From Longimicrobium sp. (GTDB taxonomy: Bacteria > Gemmatimonadota > Gemmatimonadetes > Longimicrobiales > Longimicrobiaceae): a DNA stretch of 64,000 nucleotides. Shown one piece after another: positions 16,854 to 26,852 of the stretch (its first letter is position 1; the number at the start of each line of letters is the position of its first letter). The stretch is from NCBI RefSeq assembly GCF_048594345.1, contig NZ_JBMDXM010000289.1, positions 456 through 64,455 on the forward strand, read 5' to 3'. Under the pieces are notes generated by a model. The model was not told the origin of the DNA. It made no database searches and worked only from the letters and a program-made list of their open reading frames with translations. Both the position numbers and the translations under genes were made by a program.

Positions 16854-18275
16854 ATGACGTTTTCCTTGCACCGGCGCTTTGTGTGCGCCGCGTTTGCCGC
16901 GTGCGCGGCCCTGCTCACCGCGTGTACGCCCTCCGCGCGTTCCGGCGCCGGCGGCCCCGCGCCGGACCTCCAGAGCGCGCCCGATACGCGCGTATGGACC
17001 GCCGAGTCGCCGGCCAGCGAGATCTCGCGCTGGGTGCGGCGGGAGTGCGGCAGCCGCTTTCGGAACAAGCAGGCGTGCGTGGAGCGCACCCTGGTGGCGC
17101 TCATCGACCAGACCGGCATCGGCCGCACCATGGAGGTGCTCGACACGCTGGTGAACGTGGACGGCGACGTGCGCTTCAACGCCCACGCGCTGGCGCACGG
17201 GCTGGGCATTGCCGCATACCGTACGCCGGAAACGCTGGCCACCACCTTTGCCGCCTGCCCGCCCACGCAGATGTCCGGCTGCTACCACGGTGTCGTGCAG
17301 GGCTACTTTCTTTCACTGGCGCGGCAGGGCCGGCTTCCCGGCACGCCGGAACTGAACGCGATGTGCGAGCCGCACCGCGGCACCACGTTCCTGTTCTTTC
17401 AATGTGCGCACGGCGTGGGGCACGGGTTGATGGCCGTGCACGACAACCACGTGCCCATGTCGCTGGACGCGTGCGACCTGGCCAGCGACAAGTTCATCCG
17501 TGACTCCTGCTACGGCGGCGTGTTCATGGAGAACGTGGTGAGCGTCACCCATCCGCACCACACCGCCGAGGGCCACGCCGGCACGCAGGAGGCGCATGGC
17601 GGGCACGATGCACAGCCCGCCGCCGACGCCCACGCGGCTCATGGCGCCGCCGGCCAGCACGCCCACGCCGGGGCCGATGCGCACGCGGGCCACGGCGCCG
17701 CCGGCCAGCAGGCGCAGGCGGCCATGCAGCACACCCCGTGGCGTCCGCTGAACCGCGACGACCCGCTGTACCCGTGCAACGCCGTCGCGGAAAAGTACCA
17801 GGAGGCGTGCTACATGATGCAGACGTCCGCCATCCTGTACTTCAACGGCGGCGACGTGGCCGCCACGGGCCGTGCGTGCGAGGGCGCCCCGGCTTCCATG
17901 CAGGCGCTCTGCTTCGGCAGCCTGGGGCGCGACATCACCGCGCTGGCCAGCCAGCAGCACGCGCGCTCGCTGGAGCTGTGCGGGCGCACCGCGGGGCAGG
18001 CGGGCGGCCGGGGCCAGCTGTGGTGCACGGTGGGCGTGGTGCAGAACCTGGTGAACGTCGCCGCCGATCCCGGCGAGGGCCTGCGCTTCTGCCGCGCCGT
18101 CGCCGGTGGGGACACCAAGAGCCAGTGCTACCGCGCGGTGGGGGAGATGATCGGCACGCTGGTGAACGCCCCCGCCCAGCGCAGCGAGTCGTGCCAGGGC
18201 GCCGAACCCGAGTACGTCGCCGTCTGCCGCAGCGGCGCCGGCGTAGAAACCTCCGCCGGCAGCGACGACGAGTAG
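16854..18275 (+). CDS. Cys/His-rich lipoprotein of unknown function (paralogue 2)
   Basis: lipobox LLTAC; same motifs as paralogue 1 (HALAHGLG, GCYHG, CAHGVGHG, CYGGVFMEN, DDPLYPCNAV). Confidence 0.8.
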   Translation: MTFSLHRRFVCAAFAACAALLTACTPSARSGAGGPAPDLQSAPDTRVWTAESPASEISRWVRRECGSRFRNKQACVERTLVALIDQTGIGRTMEVLDTLVNVDGDVRFNAHALAHGLGIAAYRTPETLATTFAACPPTQMSGCYHGVVQGYFLSLARQGRLPGTPELNAMCEPHRGTTFLFFQCAHGVGHGLMAVHDNHVPMSLDACDLASDKFIRDSCYGGVFMENVVSVTHPHHTAEGHAGTQEAHGGHDAQPAADAHAAHGAAGQHAHAGADAHAGHGAAGQQAQAAMQHTPWRPLNRDDPLYPCNAVAEKYQEACYMMQTSAILYFNGGDVAATGRACEGAPASMQALCFGSLGRDITALASQQHARSLELCGRTAGQAGGRGQLWCTVGVVQNLVNVAADPGEGLRFCRAVAGGDTKSQCYRAVGEMIGTLVNAPAQRSESCQGAEPEYVAVCRSGAGVETSAGSDDE

Positions 18276-18346
18276 CCTTCCGTCACCGCCGGACGACCAA
18301 CGTGGAGCCGACGCGCAGATGCTGCCGTCGGCTCCACGCCATTTCC

Positions 18347-18692
18347 CCCGTTGCGGACGCGCCGGTGCCCGGGCCGCCGCACACCCCCGTGCCGCCGAGC
18401 CCACGCAGGCGGACTTCGTGTAGTTGTTGCCGCGAATTTATTCGCCCTGGCAAGGCGGCTGGCACGCCACCATCGGTATCGCTCCCCCGTTGCGGACGCG
18501 CCGGTGCCCGGGCCGCCGCACACCCCCGTGCCGCCGAGTCCCCGCAGGCGGACTTCGTGTAGTTGTTGCCGCGAATTTATTCGCCCTGGCAAGGCGGCCG
18601 GCACGCCACCATCGGTACCGCGCACCCGTTGCGGACGCGCCGGTGCCCGGGCCGTCGCACACCCCCGTGCCGCCGAGTCCGCGCAGGCGGAA
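18347..18692 (+). repeat. 139-bp tandem repeat, about 2.5 copies, containing the family B REP core
   Basis: CCCGTTGCGGACGCGCCGG starts at 18347, 18486 and 18625. Confidence 0.9.
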
Positions 18693-18929
18693 TCGTGACG
18701 TTCCAGCCGCGGTTTCAACCGCCGAACTCGGAGCCGGCTGAGCCGCGCTGAACTCGACCGCCCACATCTGCTTCCAAACCGGCTTCGGCGGATGCACATC
18801 CGCCGGCTCGCGTCGTCCAGGTTTCCGTGGCTAGCGCGTTCTCGCTGACTTGTGTGTCCCCGGACAGCTCCGCATGTTTCCGCACCCTGGCGGTTCTGCC
18901 GGGTGCTTTCCATTCCCCTGACGCCCCTC

Positions 18930-19439
18930 ATGCATCTGCGAAGCATTGTCCACGTGACCGCCGCCTGTCTGACGCTGGCCGCGTGCGAATCGTCCACGGG
19001 CTCCACACCGGTTCAGGGCATCTACAACCTCACGAGCGTGAACGGGCGCCCGCTCCCGGCCACCCTGGATTCCGTGGTGTGGGAGGACGGAATTACGTAT
19101 ACCCTGGAAGGCCTGGAGCGTAGCTCGGTGGAGATCATGGATGGTGACAGCGCGCTTTACACCATCTCCCGGAGCACGATGACGCGGTACGCCTCTGGAA
19201 GTTTTGCGCATTCCGGCACCTGCTCCACGTGGTCTGTGCCCTACCGCATCCAGGGCAGCCGCCTGCTCCTGATCGTGGAGCCGGCGCTGTTGGGCCAGAC
19301 GGGGCGGCTGCGGCTGGACACGCTGGAGATCGGCGACGACATGCTGGTGCGCAACACGCGCAGCGCCACGGGCGCACCCGCGCGGCTGGAATACACGCCG
19401 GCCACCCAGCCCGCGCGCTGCCCGGGGATTGACCCGTGA
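18930..19439 (+). CDS. hypothetical lipoprotein
   Basis: lipobox LAAC; GIYNLTSVNGRPLP motif. Confidence 0.7.
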   Translation: MHLRSIVHVTAACLTLAACESSTGSTPVQGIYNLTSVNGRPLPATLDSVVWEDGITYTLEGLERSSVEIMDGDSALYTISRSTMTRYASGSFAHSGTCSTWSVPYRIQGSRLLLIVEPALLGQTGRLRLDTLEIGDDMLVRNTRSATGAPARLEYTPATQPARCPGIDP

Positions 19440-19915
19440 GCCGCCGCGCCATGAAGATCGGGTTGATCCGGGCGCTGCTCCCGCTGCTCGCCCTGGCCGC
19501 CGCCTGCGAAGGAACCTCCGAGCCCGGCGGCGTCGAAGGCCGCTACACCGTGCAGGCCGTCAACGGCAAGCGCCCGCCGGTTGCGGTGCGCGGCACCGCG
19601 GCCGGCGGAACGCTGCAGGTGGTGGATGCCCGCCTGGATCTGGATCCCCCCAACGCCGTGGTGGAGCTGAAGACCCGCCTGGTCGCCGGGAACGGCACCG
19701 CGGGCGCGCCGGCCACCACGACGTACAGCGGCGCCTGGCGGGCGAGCGGCGACATCATCACGTTCGAACTGCTCGACGCCTCCGACGGCGGTCCCCGCGT
19801 CCGCGCCGAAGGCGTGGTGGTGTCGCCGCGCGAGGTGGCGGTCACGCTGCATTTTGCCGTCTCCAGCAGCGAGGGATACTTCACCTACCCGGTGTCCCTC
19901 ATCCTGGGCCGCTGA
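19436..19915 (+). CDS. hypothetical lipoprotein
   Basis: lipobox AAAC; GRYTVQAVNGKRPP; 4-bp overlap with upstream gene. Confidence 0.7.
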   Translation: MSRRAMKIGLIRALLPLLALAAACEGTSEPGGVEGRYTVQAVNGKRPPVAVRGTAAGGTLQVVDARLDLDPPNAVVELKTRLVAGNGTAGAPATTTYSGAWRASGDIITFELLDASDGGPRVRAEGVVVSPREVAVTLHFAVSSSEGYFTYPVSLILGR

Positions 19916-19938
19916 CCGGACCGTCGGGTTACGGACGA

Positions 19939-19970
19939 GAAAGCCGGCGGATGCGAATCCGTCGGCTTTC
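19939..19970. terminator. intrinsic terminator-like hairpin
   Basis: GAAAGCCGGCGGAT-GCGA-ATCCGTCGGCTTTC. Confidence 0.6.
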
Positions 19971-20553
19971 GTCGTTGCGGCATCTGGGATTTCCGTGATT
20001 GCACTTTCCTGAAGGAGCGCCACACCGAACCATCTGCCCGCACAACGGCCGGTGCGCGACCGAAGGATCTCGCCTGCATTACGACGGGCCTACCACGATA
20101 TGCGGACCGGGCCCACGCGAGCAGGTGAAGCCGCGCGCGGACGCGGCAGCGGCCGGGCGGGGGCTTCCCGCAGGAAATCAGCGCTTTGATCCTGAAAAGG
20201 GCGGAGCCGAGGAGATCTCGCCTCCGCGCCTCCGCGTCCTCCGCGCCTCCGCGTGAGCTCCATCTTTTGCTCGTCGCAACCGACCGTGGAGAATGCACGG
20301 GATCGTGCAAACTTTGCCGACTCTGCACCAGTATCAGCGTCCCCACAATCCGCTGCTTCGCCCAAACGCGGCGCCGTTGCTGGAGATGCGCACGAGGGCG
20401 CATCCGGCACGGGATTGGCGGCGCGAAGCTGTCCATTCAACCGTTTTTCCGCGATTCGCCTTGCCATTCGCTGGGGCGCAGCTTACACTTGGGCTACGCC
20501 GGGCCGCCCTGCACCGTTTCTTTTGCGCGGCCCCATCCCCCAGCGAGAATCCG

Positions 20554-21618
20554 GTGAATCCCACGCCCGCACGCTACCGCCTTCGGGGTCCCGTGAGAAC
20601 ATCCGCATCCGTACTCGCCGCCGCCGCGCTGCTCGCGGCCGCGCCGCTCGCCGCGCAGGACGAACCCGCCGGGCAGGGGCAGGTCCACGTGGTGCGCCCC
20701 GGCGAGACGCTGTGGGACATTGCCCGCGCCTGCCTGTCCGACCCGTTCCTGTGGCCGGAGATCTTCCGGCTCAACATCGGCACCGTCGAAGACCCCGCCC
20801 GCATCTATCCCAGCGAGCGCCTGGTCCTTCCCGCCTGCGCCGGGCAGGCCGTGGACGAGGGCCCGGTTTTTGGCCCGGCCGTGCAGGCGCCGCGGGGCCC
20901 CACGCTGCGCCTGGGCGTGACGGTGGAACAGCCCGCCGTGCTGGAGGGCGACTTTTACCGCGCCGCCTTTGTGGCCCAGCCGCGCGAGGTGCCGCTGGTG
21001 GGCCGGCTTGAAGAGGCGGAGTACCAGTCGGTGATGCAGCTGCAGATGACGCCGCAGCTCAACCTGTACGACCGCGTGTTCGTGCGGGTAGACCCCGCGC
21101 GCGTCGCCGTGGGCGACCGGCTGCACTTTCTGCGCGAAGGGCGCGAGATCCGCCGCAGCGGGCGCCGCGTGTACCTGCCCACCGGCGTGGGCACCGTGGC
21201 GGCGGTGAGCGACGGTACCGCGACCGTGGTGATCGTGGGCATGTTCGACCAGGTGCGGCCGGGCGACGCGGCCATCCAGCCCGAGGCGTTCCCCATCCGC
21301 ACCCTGGACCGTCCCGCCGCCGTCGACGCCGACCTGCAGGGCCGCGTTTTGGCGTTCCGCGACGACACCCCGCTGCAGCGCACCGAGTCCATCGTGTTCC
21401 TGGACATCGGCCGCAGCGCGGGCGTGGGCGTGGGCGACGAGTTCGAGCTGTACGACCCCTCCAGCCAGCGCCGCTGGGGCACGCGCCCCGAGGTGCCGGT
21501 CGCGCGCGGGCAGGTGGTCAAAGTCACCGAGGGCACGGCGTCGGTGCGGGTGACGGAACTGGAGCAGCCCCGCATTGCGGTGGGACTGCCGGTGCGCCGC
21601 GTGGCGCGGATGCCGTGA
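20554..21618 (+). CDS. LysM peptidoglycan-binding domain protein (secreted)
   Basis: signal peptide ending PLAAQD; HVVRPGETLWDIA..WPEIFRLN..IYPSERL. Confidence 0.85.
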   Translation: MNPTPARYRLRGPVRTSASVLAAAALLAAAPLAAQDEPAGQGQVHVVRPGETLWDIARACLSDPFLWPEIFRLNIGTVEDPARIYPSERLVLPACAGQAVDEGPVFGPAVQAPRGPTLRLGVTVEQPAVLEGDFYRAAFVAQPREVPLVGRLEEAEYQSVMQLQMTPQLNLYDRVFVRVDPARVAVGDRLHFLREGREIRRSGRRVYLPTGVGTVAAVSDGTATVVIVGMFDQVRPGDAAIQPEAFPIRTLDRPAAVDADLQGRVLAFRDDTPLQRTESIVFLDIGRSAGVGVGDEFELYDPSSQRRWGTRPEVPVARGQVVKVTEGTASVRVTELEQPRIAVGLPVRRVARMP

Positions 21619-21703
21619 CCGAGCAGGCACGGGCGGGCAGGCCCGGCGGTGCGTTCGGCGCCCTTCCCCCGGGGAGGGCGTCTCTGCGTCCGGAGGGTGC
21701 GCG

Positions 21704-22528
21704 ATGGAGCTGACGCAGCTGCTGCACGTGGCCGCGCTGGCCTTCTACGCGCTGACGGCCGCGCTCCTGGGCGTGTCGCTGGCCCGCAGCGCCCGCCGCC
21801 TTCCCGCCGCCGCCACGGCGTGCCTGGCCGGCGGCGTGGTTGCGCACGGCGCCGCGCTGGCCTCGTTCGCCGCGCAGTACGGCGAGCTGCCGCTGGTGGG
21901 GCTGGGCCCGTCGCTTTCCGTGCTGGCGCTGCTGGTGGCCATCGGCTCCCTGCTCCTGGCCACGCTGGGACGTACGGGACCGCTGGGGCTGGTCCTGGTC
22001 CCCGTGGCCGCCGCGCTGGCGGGCGTGGCGGAGGTGGCCGGGGTGCGGCCGGCGCACCAGGAGATGGCGTTCCGCGGCCCCTGGTTCGTTTTTCACGTCG
22101 TCCTGGCGATGGTGGGCTACGCGGGGCTGACCGTGGCCTTCGCCGCGGGACTGATGTACCTGCTCCAGTTTCGCGAGCTGAAGGGAAAGCGCTTCGGGGC
22201 CGTGTTCCGCTTCTTTCCCCCACTCGACACGCTGGACCGCATCGGGCGGCGGGCGCTGATGGTGGGGTTGCCCTTCCTGACCGTGGCGCTGCTGGTGGGG
22301 TGGGCGTGGGCGGAGCGCTTCGGGCTGGCGATGGAAGCCGGAAACCCCAAGATCGTCTGGGGGGTAATCACCTGGATCGTCTTTGTGGCGGCGCTCATCG
22401 CCCGCGCGGGCGAGGGCGCGGCGCGCGCGCGGCGCGGGGCGCTGGTCTCGGTGGTGGGCTTCGCGGTGGTGGTGGCGGCGTACGTGCTGCTGCGCGCCGC
22501 GGAGAGCGCCGGCGCGGGGTTCCTGTGA
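21704..22528 (+). CDS. ccsA: cytochrome c assembly family membrane protein (CcsA/HemX-like)
   Basis: multi-TM; FHVVLA, PPLDTLDRI, PKIVWGVITW; position before sirC/hemA. Confidence 0.8.
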   Translation: MELTQLLHVAALAFYALTAALLGVSLARSARRLPAAATACLAGGVVAHGAALASFAAQYGELPLVGLGPSLSVLALLVAIGSLLLATLGRTGPLGLVLVPVAAALAGVAEVAGVRPAHQEMAFRGPWFVFHVVLAMVGYAGLTVAFAAGLMYLLQFRELKGKRFGAVFRFFPPLDTLDRIGRRALMVGLPFLTVALLVGWAWAERFGLAMEAGNPKIVWGVITWIVFVAALIARAGEGAARARRGALVSVVGFAVVVAAYVLLRAAESAGAGFL

Positions 22529-23166
22529 GCGCGGCGGCGTATCCGTTGATGCTGGACGTGGCGCGGCTGCGCGTGCTGGTGGTGGGCGGCGGCGCGGTCG
22601 CCGCGCGAAAGGTGGCGGGGCTGGCGGACGCCGGCGGGCGCCCCACCATCGTGGCCCCCTCGGCCACGGACGAGCTGCGGGCGTCCATCGAGCGCCTGCG
22701 GCTCGTCTGGCATCCACGGACCTATCATTCGATGGATGTCGATCGCCACCACCTGGTGTTCGCCGCGACGAACGACCAAGCGGTGAACCAGCGGGTCGCG
22801 GACGACGCGCGCGCGGCCGGCGCGCTGGTGAGCCGCGCGGACGAGGGCGGGGAGAGCGACTTTCACGTCCCGTCGCAGCTGCGCCAGGACGACGTGGTGG
22901 TCGCCTTTTCCACCGGGGGCGCGTCGCCGCTGCTGGCGCGGCGACTGCGCGAGCGGCTGGCGACGGTCGTTACCCCCGGGCTGGGGCGCGCGGCGCGCAG
23001 GCTGGCGGCGGTGCGCGCGGAAGTTCAGGCGCGCTGGTCCGCGGACGAATCGCGGCGGCGCGCCTTCTGGTTCGATTTGATCACTCCCGAGTTCCTGGAC
23101 CTTGCGGTCGCGGGACGGGACGATGACGTGGAGCAGTCCATCCGCCGATGCCTCTCGCAGTCGTAG
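22525..23166 (+). CDS. precorrin-2 dehydrogenase / sirohydrochlorin ferrochelatase (CysG N-terminal type)
   Basis: YPLMLD, LVVGGGAVAARK, FAATND, FSTGGASPLLA. Confidence 0.85.
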   Translation: MSAAAYPLMLDVARLRVLVVGGGAVAARKVAGLADAGGRPTIVAPSATDELRASIERLRLVWHPRTYHSMDVDRHHLVFAATNDQAVNQRVADDARAAGALVSRADEGGESDFHVPSQLRQDDVVVAFSTGGASPLLARRLRERLATVVTPGLGRAARRLAAVRAEVQARWSADESRRRAFWFDLITPEFLDLAVAGRDDDVEQSIRRCLSQS

Positions 23167-24464
23167 GCGCAAGCCACCGCACGGCGCCCATCGAGCACCG
23201 GGAACGGTTCGCCCTGGGGCGCGCCGAAGTTCCGGGCGCGCTCCTGGGGCTGGCCGCGGACGGTTCGGAGGCGGTGGTGCTTTCCACCTGCAACCGCACC
23301 GAAGTCTACCTCTCCTTGCCCGACGGCTCGGACGGGGTGGAGCAGGCGCGCGCCCTGCTGTCGGCCCGCATCGGGCACGATCCGTCCGCCGCCGCGCGCT
23401 ACTTCTACGTCCACCGTGACCGGCAGGCCGCGGAGCACCTGTTCCGCGTCTCGTCCGGCCTGGATTCCATGATCCTGGGCGAGCCGCAGATCCAGGGGCA
23501 GGTCAAGGAGGCGTACGCCGCCGCCCGCGAGGTGGCGGGGGAGAACGGCCCCGTGGTGGGCCAGGCGCTGCACCGGCTTTTCCAGACGGCGTTCTCCATC
23601 GGCGGGCGGGTGCGCAGCGAGACGGGGCTGGGGATCGGCGCCGCCTCCGTCTCCAGCGCGGCGGTGGACCTGGCGAAAAAGATCTTCGGCTCGCTCAAGG
23701 GCCGCCGCGCGCTGGTCCTGGGGGCGGGGGAGATGAGCGAGACCACGCTGGAGTGCCTGCGCGACGAAGGCGTGCGGACGGCCATCGTCGCCAACCGCAC
23801 CTTCGACCGCGCGGCGGAGCTGGCGGAGCGGCTGGGGGGCGAGGCCATCCACTGGGAGGAGTTCGGCGCCGCGCTGCCGCAGGTGGACATCGTCATCTGC
23901 TCCACCTCGGCCCCGCACCCGGTGCTCACGGTGGAGCGCCTGCGCGCCGCGCTGCCGCACGGGCCGCGGCGCCCGCTGTGCATCATCGACATCGCCATCC
24001 CGCGCGACGTGGAGACGGCGGTGGCCGACCAGCCCAACGTCTTTCTGTACAACATCGACGACCTGCAGCAGATCGTGGACGACAACCTGGGGCGCCGCCG
24101 CGCGCAGCTGCCCCAGGCGGAGACGATCGTGTCGCAGGGGGTGGAGGACTTCTGGGCGTGGTACAGCAGCCTGGCCGTGGTGCCGACGATCCGTGCCCTG
24201 CGCGACCGGGGCGAGGCCATGCGCCGCGCCGAGGTGGAGCGCGCGCTGCGCCAGCTTTCGCACCTGTCGCCCGAGGACCAGCTGGCCATCGACGCCCTTA
24301 CCCGGTCGCTGGTGAACAAGGTGCTGCACGCCCCCACCGCCCGCCTGCGCGACGCCGCCGGCAACGGCCGCGGCACGGGCGTGCTCGACACCGTGCGCTA
24401 CCTGTTCGAGCTGGACCGCGATGCGCACGGCTCCGGCGAACCGGGCAAGGACGGCAACGGGTGA
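23148..24464 (+). CDS. hemA: glutamyl-tRNA reductase
   Basis: GASHRTAP, LSTCNRTE, SGLDSMILGEPQIQGQVK, GAGEM, DIAIPRD. Confidence 0.97.
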   Translation: MPLAVVGASHRTAPIEHRERFALGRAEVPGALLGLAADGSEAVVLSTCNRTEVYLSLPDGSDGVEQARALLSARIGHDPSAAARYFYVHRDRQAAEHLFRVSSGLDSMILGEPQIQGQVKEAYAAAREVAGENGPVVGQALHRLFQTAFSIGGRVRSETGLGIGAASVSSAAVDLAKKIFGSLKGRRALVLGAGEMSETTLECLRDEGVRTAIVANRTFDRAAELAERLGGEAIHWEEFGAALPQVDIVICSTSAPHPVLTVERLRAALPHGPRRPLCIIDIAIPRDVETAVADQPNVFLYNIDDLQQIVDDNLGRRRAQLPQAETIVSQGVEDFWAWYSSLAVVPTIRALRDRGEAMRRAEVERALRQLSHLSPEDQLAIDALTRSLVNKVLHAPTARLRDAAGNGRGTGVLDTVRYLFELDRDAHGSGEPGKDGNG

Positions 24465-24759
24465 CGGAGTGCTGAAGCCCGGGCGCCCCGCGGTCGGCCC
24501 GCTGGAGCGACTGAAGTCTCCGCTGGAACTTCGCGAAGGCCAGCGTGGACTCGGCGGCCCCGCCATCTGCGGCGTTCCAGGCAACCGCGCGTCCGCTCCC
24601 GGGCCAGTTCCCGGCCGTATCCGCAGGCAGCACGAGCGGATCCGCAGCAGCCGCCGGAACCCTGCGCCAGGATCGCCGTACGCCGTATAGCCGAAGACGC
24701 GAACGCATTTCCGTACCTTCGTACTCTCGTACCTTCGTACCTACTTTCGCACTGCCCTG

Positions 24760-25464
24760 ATGCAGCAGCACACCGGAAACGAGTTCGCCGCCGCCTGGGA
24801 GATGATCGCCCAGGGCACGCCGTCCACCAAGATCATCATGGCCACGCTGGCCATCATGTCGGTAGCGTCGTGGACCATCATCGCCCTCAAGCTCATCCAG
24901 TTCCGGCGCCTGCACCGCGAGGCCGACCAGTTTCTGGACCGCGTGCAGGCCGCCGAGCGGCTGGACGAGGCGTACGCCTGGGTGCGCGGCCTCAAGGACT
25001 CGCCGTTCACCCGGCTGTTCAAGCGGGGGATGGGCTTTTTTGGCGAGCTGCGTCCCGGCGCCGCCAAACAGGGCACCGACGTGCGCGGCCTGTCTCCGGC
25101 GCAGCTGGAGGTGATGAAGATGGTGCTGGAGAAGGAGGAGTCCGAAGAGCGCGACGAGCTGGCCCGGGGGCTCAGCTGGCTGGCCATCATCGCCACCGCG
25201 TCGCCGCTGCTGGGTCTGCTGGGCACCGTGCTGGGGGTGATGAACTCGTTCCTGGGCGTGGCGGCCAGCGGATCGTCGTCCATCACCGTCGTCGCGCCCG
25301 GCGTGGCGGAGGCGCTGGTCGCCACCGGCGGCGGGCTGGTGGTGGCGATCCCGGCCGCGATGTCGTACAACTACCTTACCGCACGGCTCAACCGCTTTAC
25401 GGGCGAGCTGGAGGGGATCAGCACCGAGCTGATCGGCGCGCTGGCCCGCGAAGGGCGAATCTAG
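24760..25464 (+). CDS. tolQ: MotA/TolQ/ExbB proton channel protein
   Basis: SPLLGLLGTVLG, VAPGVAEALVAT..VAIPA; tol-pal context. Confidence 0.9.
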   Translation: MQQHTGNEFAAAWEMIAQGTPSTKIIMATLAIMSVASWTIIALKLIQFRRLHREADQFLDRVQAAERLDEAYAWVRGLKDSPFTRLFKRGMGFFGELRPGAAKQGTDVRGLSPAQLEVMKMVLEKEESEERDELARGLSWLAIIATASPLLGLLGTVLGVMNSFLGVAASGSSSITVVAPGVAEALVATGGGLVVAIPAAMSYNYLTARLNRFTGELEGISTELIGALAREGRI

Positions 25465-25466
25465 CC

Positions 25467-25883
25467 GTGCCGCGCCGCCGCAACCGGTCGGAGCTGGGCT
25501 ACAGCGCCGAGATCAACGTCACCTCGCTGGTGGACGTGGTCCTTACGCTGCTGGTCATCTTCATGATCACCGCGCCCATGATGCAGGGCGGGGTAGAGGT
25601 CAAGGTGCCGCGCGCCCGCACCGAGTCCGTTCCCAGCGCGGAGGGATTGATCGTCTCGGTCGACCGCTCCGGGCAGATCTACGTGGGCTCGGCGCGCGTG
25701 GCGTGGGAGCAGTTCGAGACCCTGTTTCCGCAGCTGGTCAAGGAAAAGGGCGCCAGCAGCGTCTACCTGCGCGCGGACGAGGGCGTGCCCTACGGCAGCG
25801 TGATCCGCGTGCTGGGGGCGATGAAGGCGGCGGACGTGGCCAGCGTGGGCCTGATCGCCGAACCGGAGCAGGACGGGGGCTGA
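25467..25883 (+). CDS. tolR: ExbD/TolR protein
   Basis: EINVTSLVDVVLTLLVIFMITAP, LRADEGVPYG. Confidence 0.9.
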   Translation: MPRRRNRSELGYSAEINVTSLVDVVLTLLVIFMITAPMMQGGVEVKVPRARTESVPSAEGLIVSVDRSGQIYVGSARVAWEQFETLFPQLVKEKGASSVYLRADEGVPYGSVIRVLGAMKAADVASVGLIAEPEQDGG

Positions 25884-25887
25884 CGAT

Positions 25888-26829
25888 ATGGACCATCGGC
25901 GGCGGGGGGACGGACGCACGAGGACCGCGCTGGGGGCGTCGCTGCTGCTGCACGCCGCCATCGTCGGCTTTGCCGTCGTGGCCGAAGGCGCGCCGCCCAG
26001 GCCGCCGAAGACCAGGGTCTACGCGGTAGACATCGTCTCGCCGCCGCCCAACGTGGCGGGGGAGATGCCGGCCGAGCCGCCCGCCACGCAGGAGCCCGGC
26101 CCCGCCGCCGCGGCGGAGCCCGCGGCCGCGGAGCCGACACCCCCCGCGCCGGACCCGACGCCGCCCGTGCCGGACCCGGAGCCCGCGCCGCCCAGGGAGG
26201 CGCCGAAGGAACCTGTGAAGGCTCCCGAGCCTAGAAGGACGCCGCCCGAGCAGCCCAAAGCGCGCCCTACGCCCCCGCCCGAGCAGCCCAAGCAGCGCCC
26301 GGCGACGACGCCCAGCCGTCCGTCGACCGCGACGCCGAGCACGAACCGGCCCGCGACGCAGCCCTCCACGACGGACCGCCCGGCCACCAACCGGCCGAGC
26401 GGGACCAGCGGGCAGAGCGGGGCGGGGAGCGGCCCGAACCGCACGCAGGGGACGGGAACGCGTACGGGGCCGGCGACGGGAAACAACCCGGTCGCGTCCA
26501 GCCCCGGCGGCGAGGGATTGAACATCCACGTGGAAGGTGATCCCTGTCCCGTGGCCGGCTACTGCGAGAACGTGACGCGCCAGGTGAACCGCTTCTTTCG
26601 CCCGCCGCCGGAGAGCACGAGTGGCCGTGGCGAGGTGTGCTTCCGCATCCAGCGCGATGGCAGCGTGACGTCCATCGAGACGCAGCGCGTACGTGGCGGC
26701 GCCGCCTTTCGGATCGCGATGATGGAAGCCGCCGAAGCCGCTGGCAGCCGCCGCGCCTTCGGCGCGCTCCCCGGCGCGTTCGACCCGGCGCGGTGGAGAT
26801 GGTGCGTGGAGCTGACCCCGCGAAGCTGA
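25888..26829 (+). CDS. tolA: TolA/TonB-like proline-rich energy transducer
   Basis: N-terminal TM with SLLLH, Pro-rich stalk, C-terminal FRIQRDGSV domain; between tolR and tolB. Confidence 0.75.
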   Translation: MDHRRRGDGRTRTALGASLLLHAAIVGFAVVAEGAPPRPPKTRVYAVDIVSPPPNVAGEMPAEPPATQEPGPAAAAEPAAAEPTPPAPDPTPPVPDPEPAPPREAPKEPVKAPEPRRTPPEQPKARPTPPPEQPKQRPATTPSRPSTATPSTNRPATQPSTTDRPATNRPSGTSGQSGAGSGPNRTQGTGTRTGPATGNNPVASSPGGEGLNIHVEGDPCPVAGYCENVTRQVNRFFRPPPESTSGRGEVCFRIQRDGSVTSIETQRVRGGAAFRIAMMEAAEAAGSRRAFGALPGAFDPARWRWCVELTPRS

Positions 26830-26852
26830 ACCCCAGAGCAGTCCTGATTCGA

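Noticed and set aside
15193-18275. multiheme cytochrome c assignment
   Set aside because: No CxxCH motifs despite many Cys and His
14554-18275. 676-aa and 886-aa ORFs as listed in the track
   Set aside because: N-terminal parts are GC-driven off-frame read-through of upstream genes; real proteins start at the lipoprotein signals (15193, 16854)
18347-18692. CRISPR array
   Set aside because: Units are 139 bp and near-identical throughout, with no unique spacers and no cas genes
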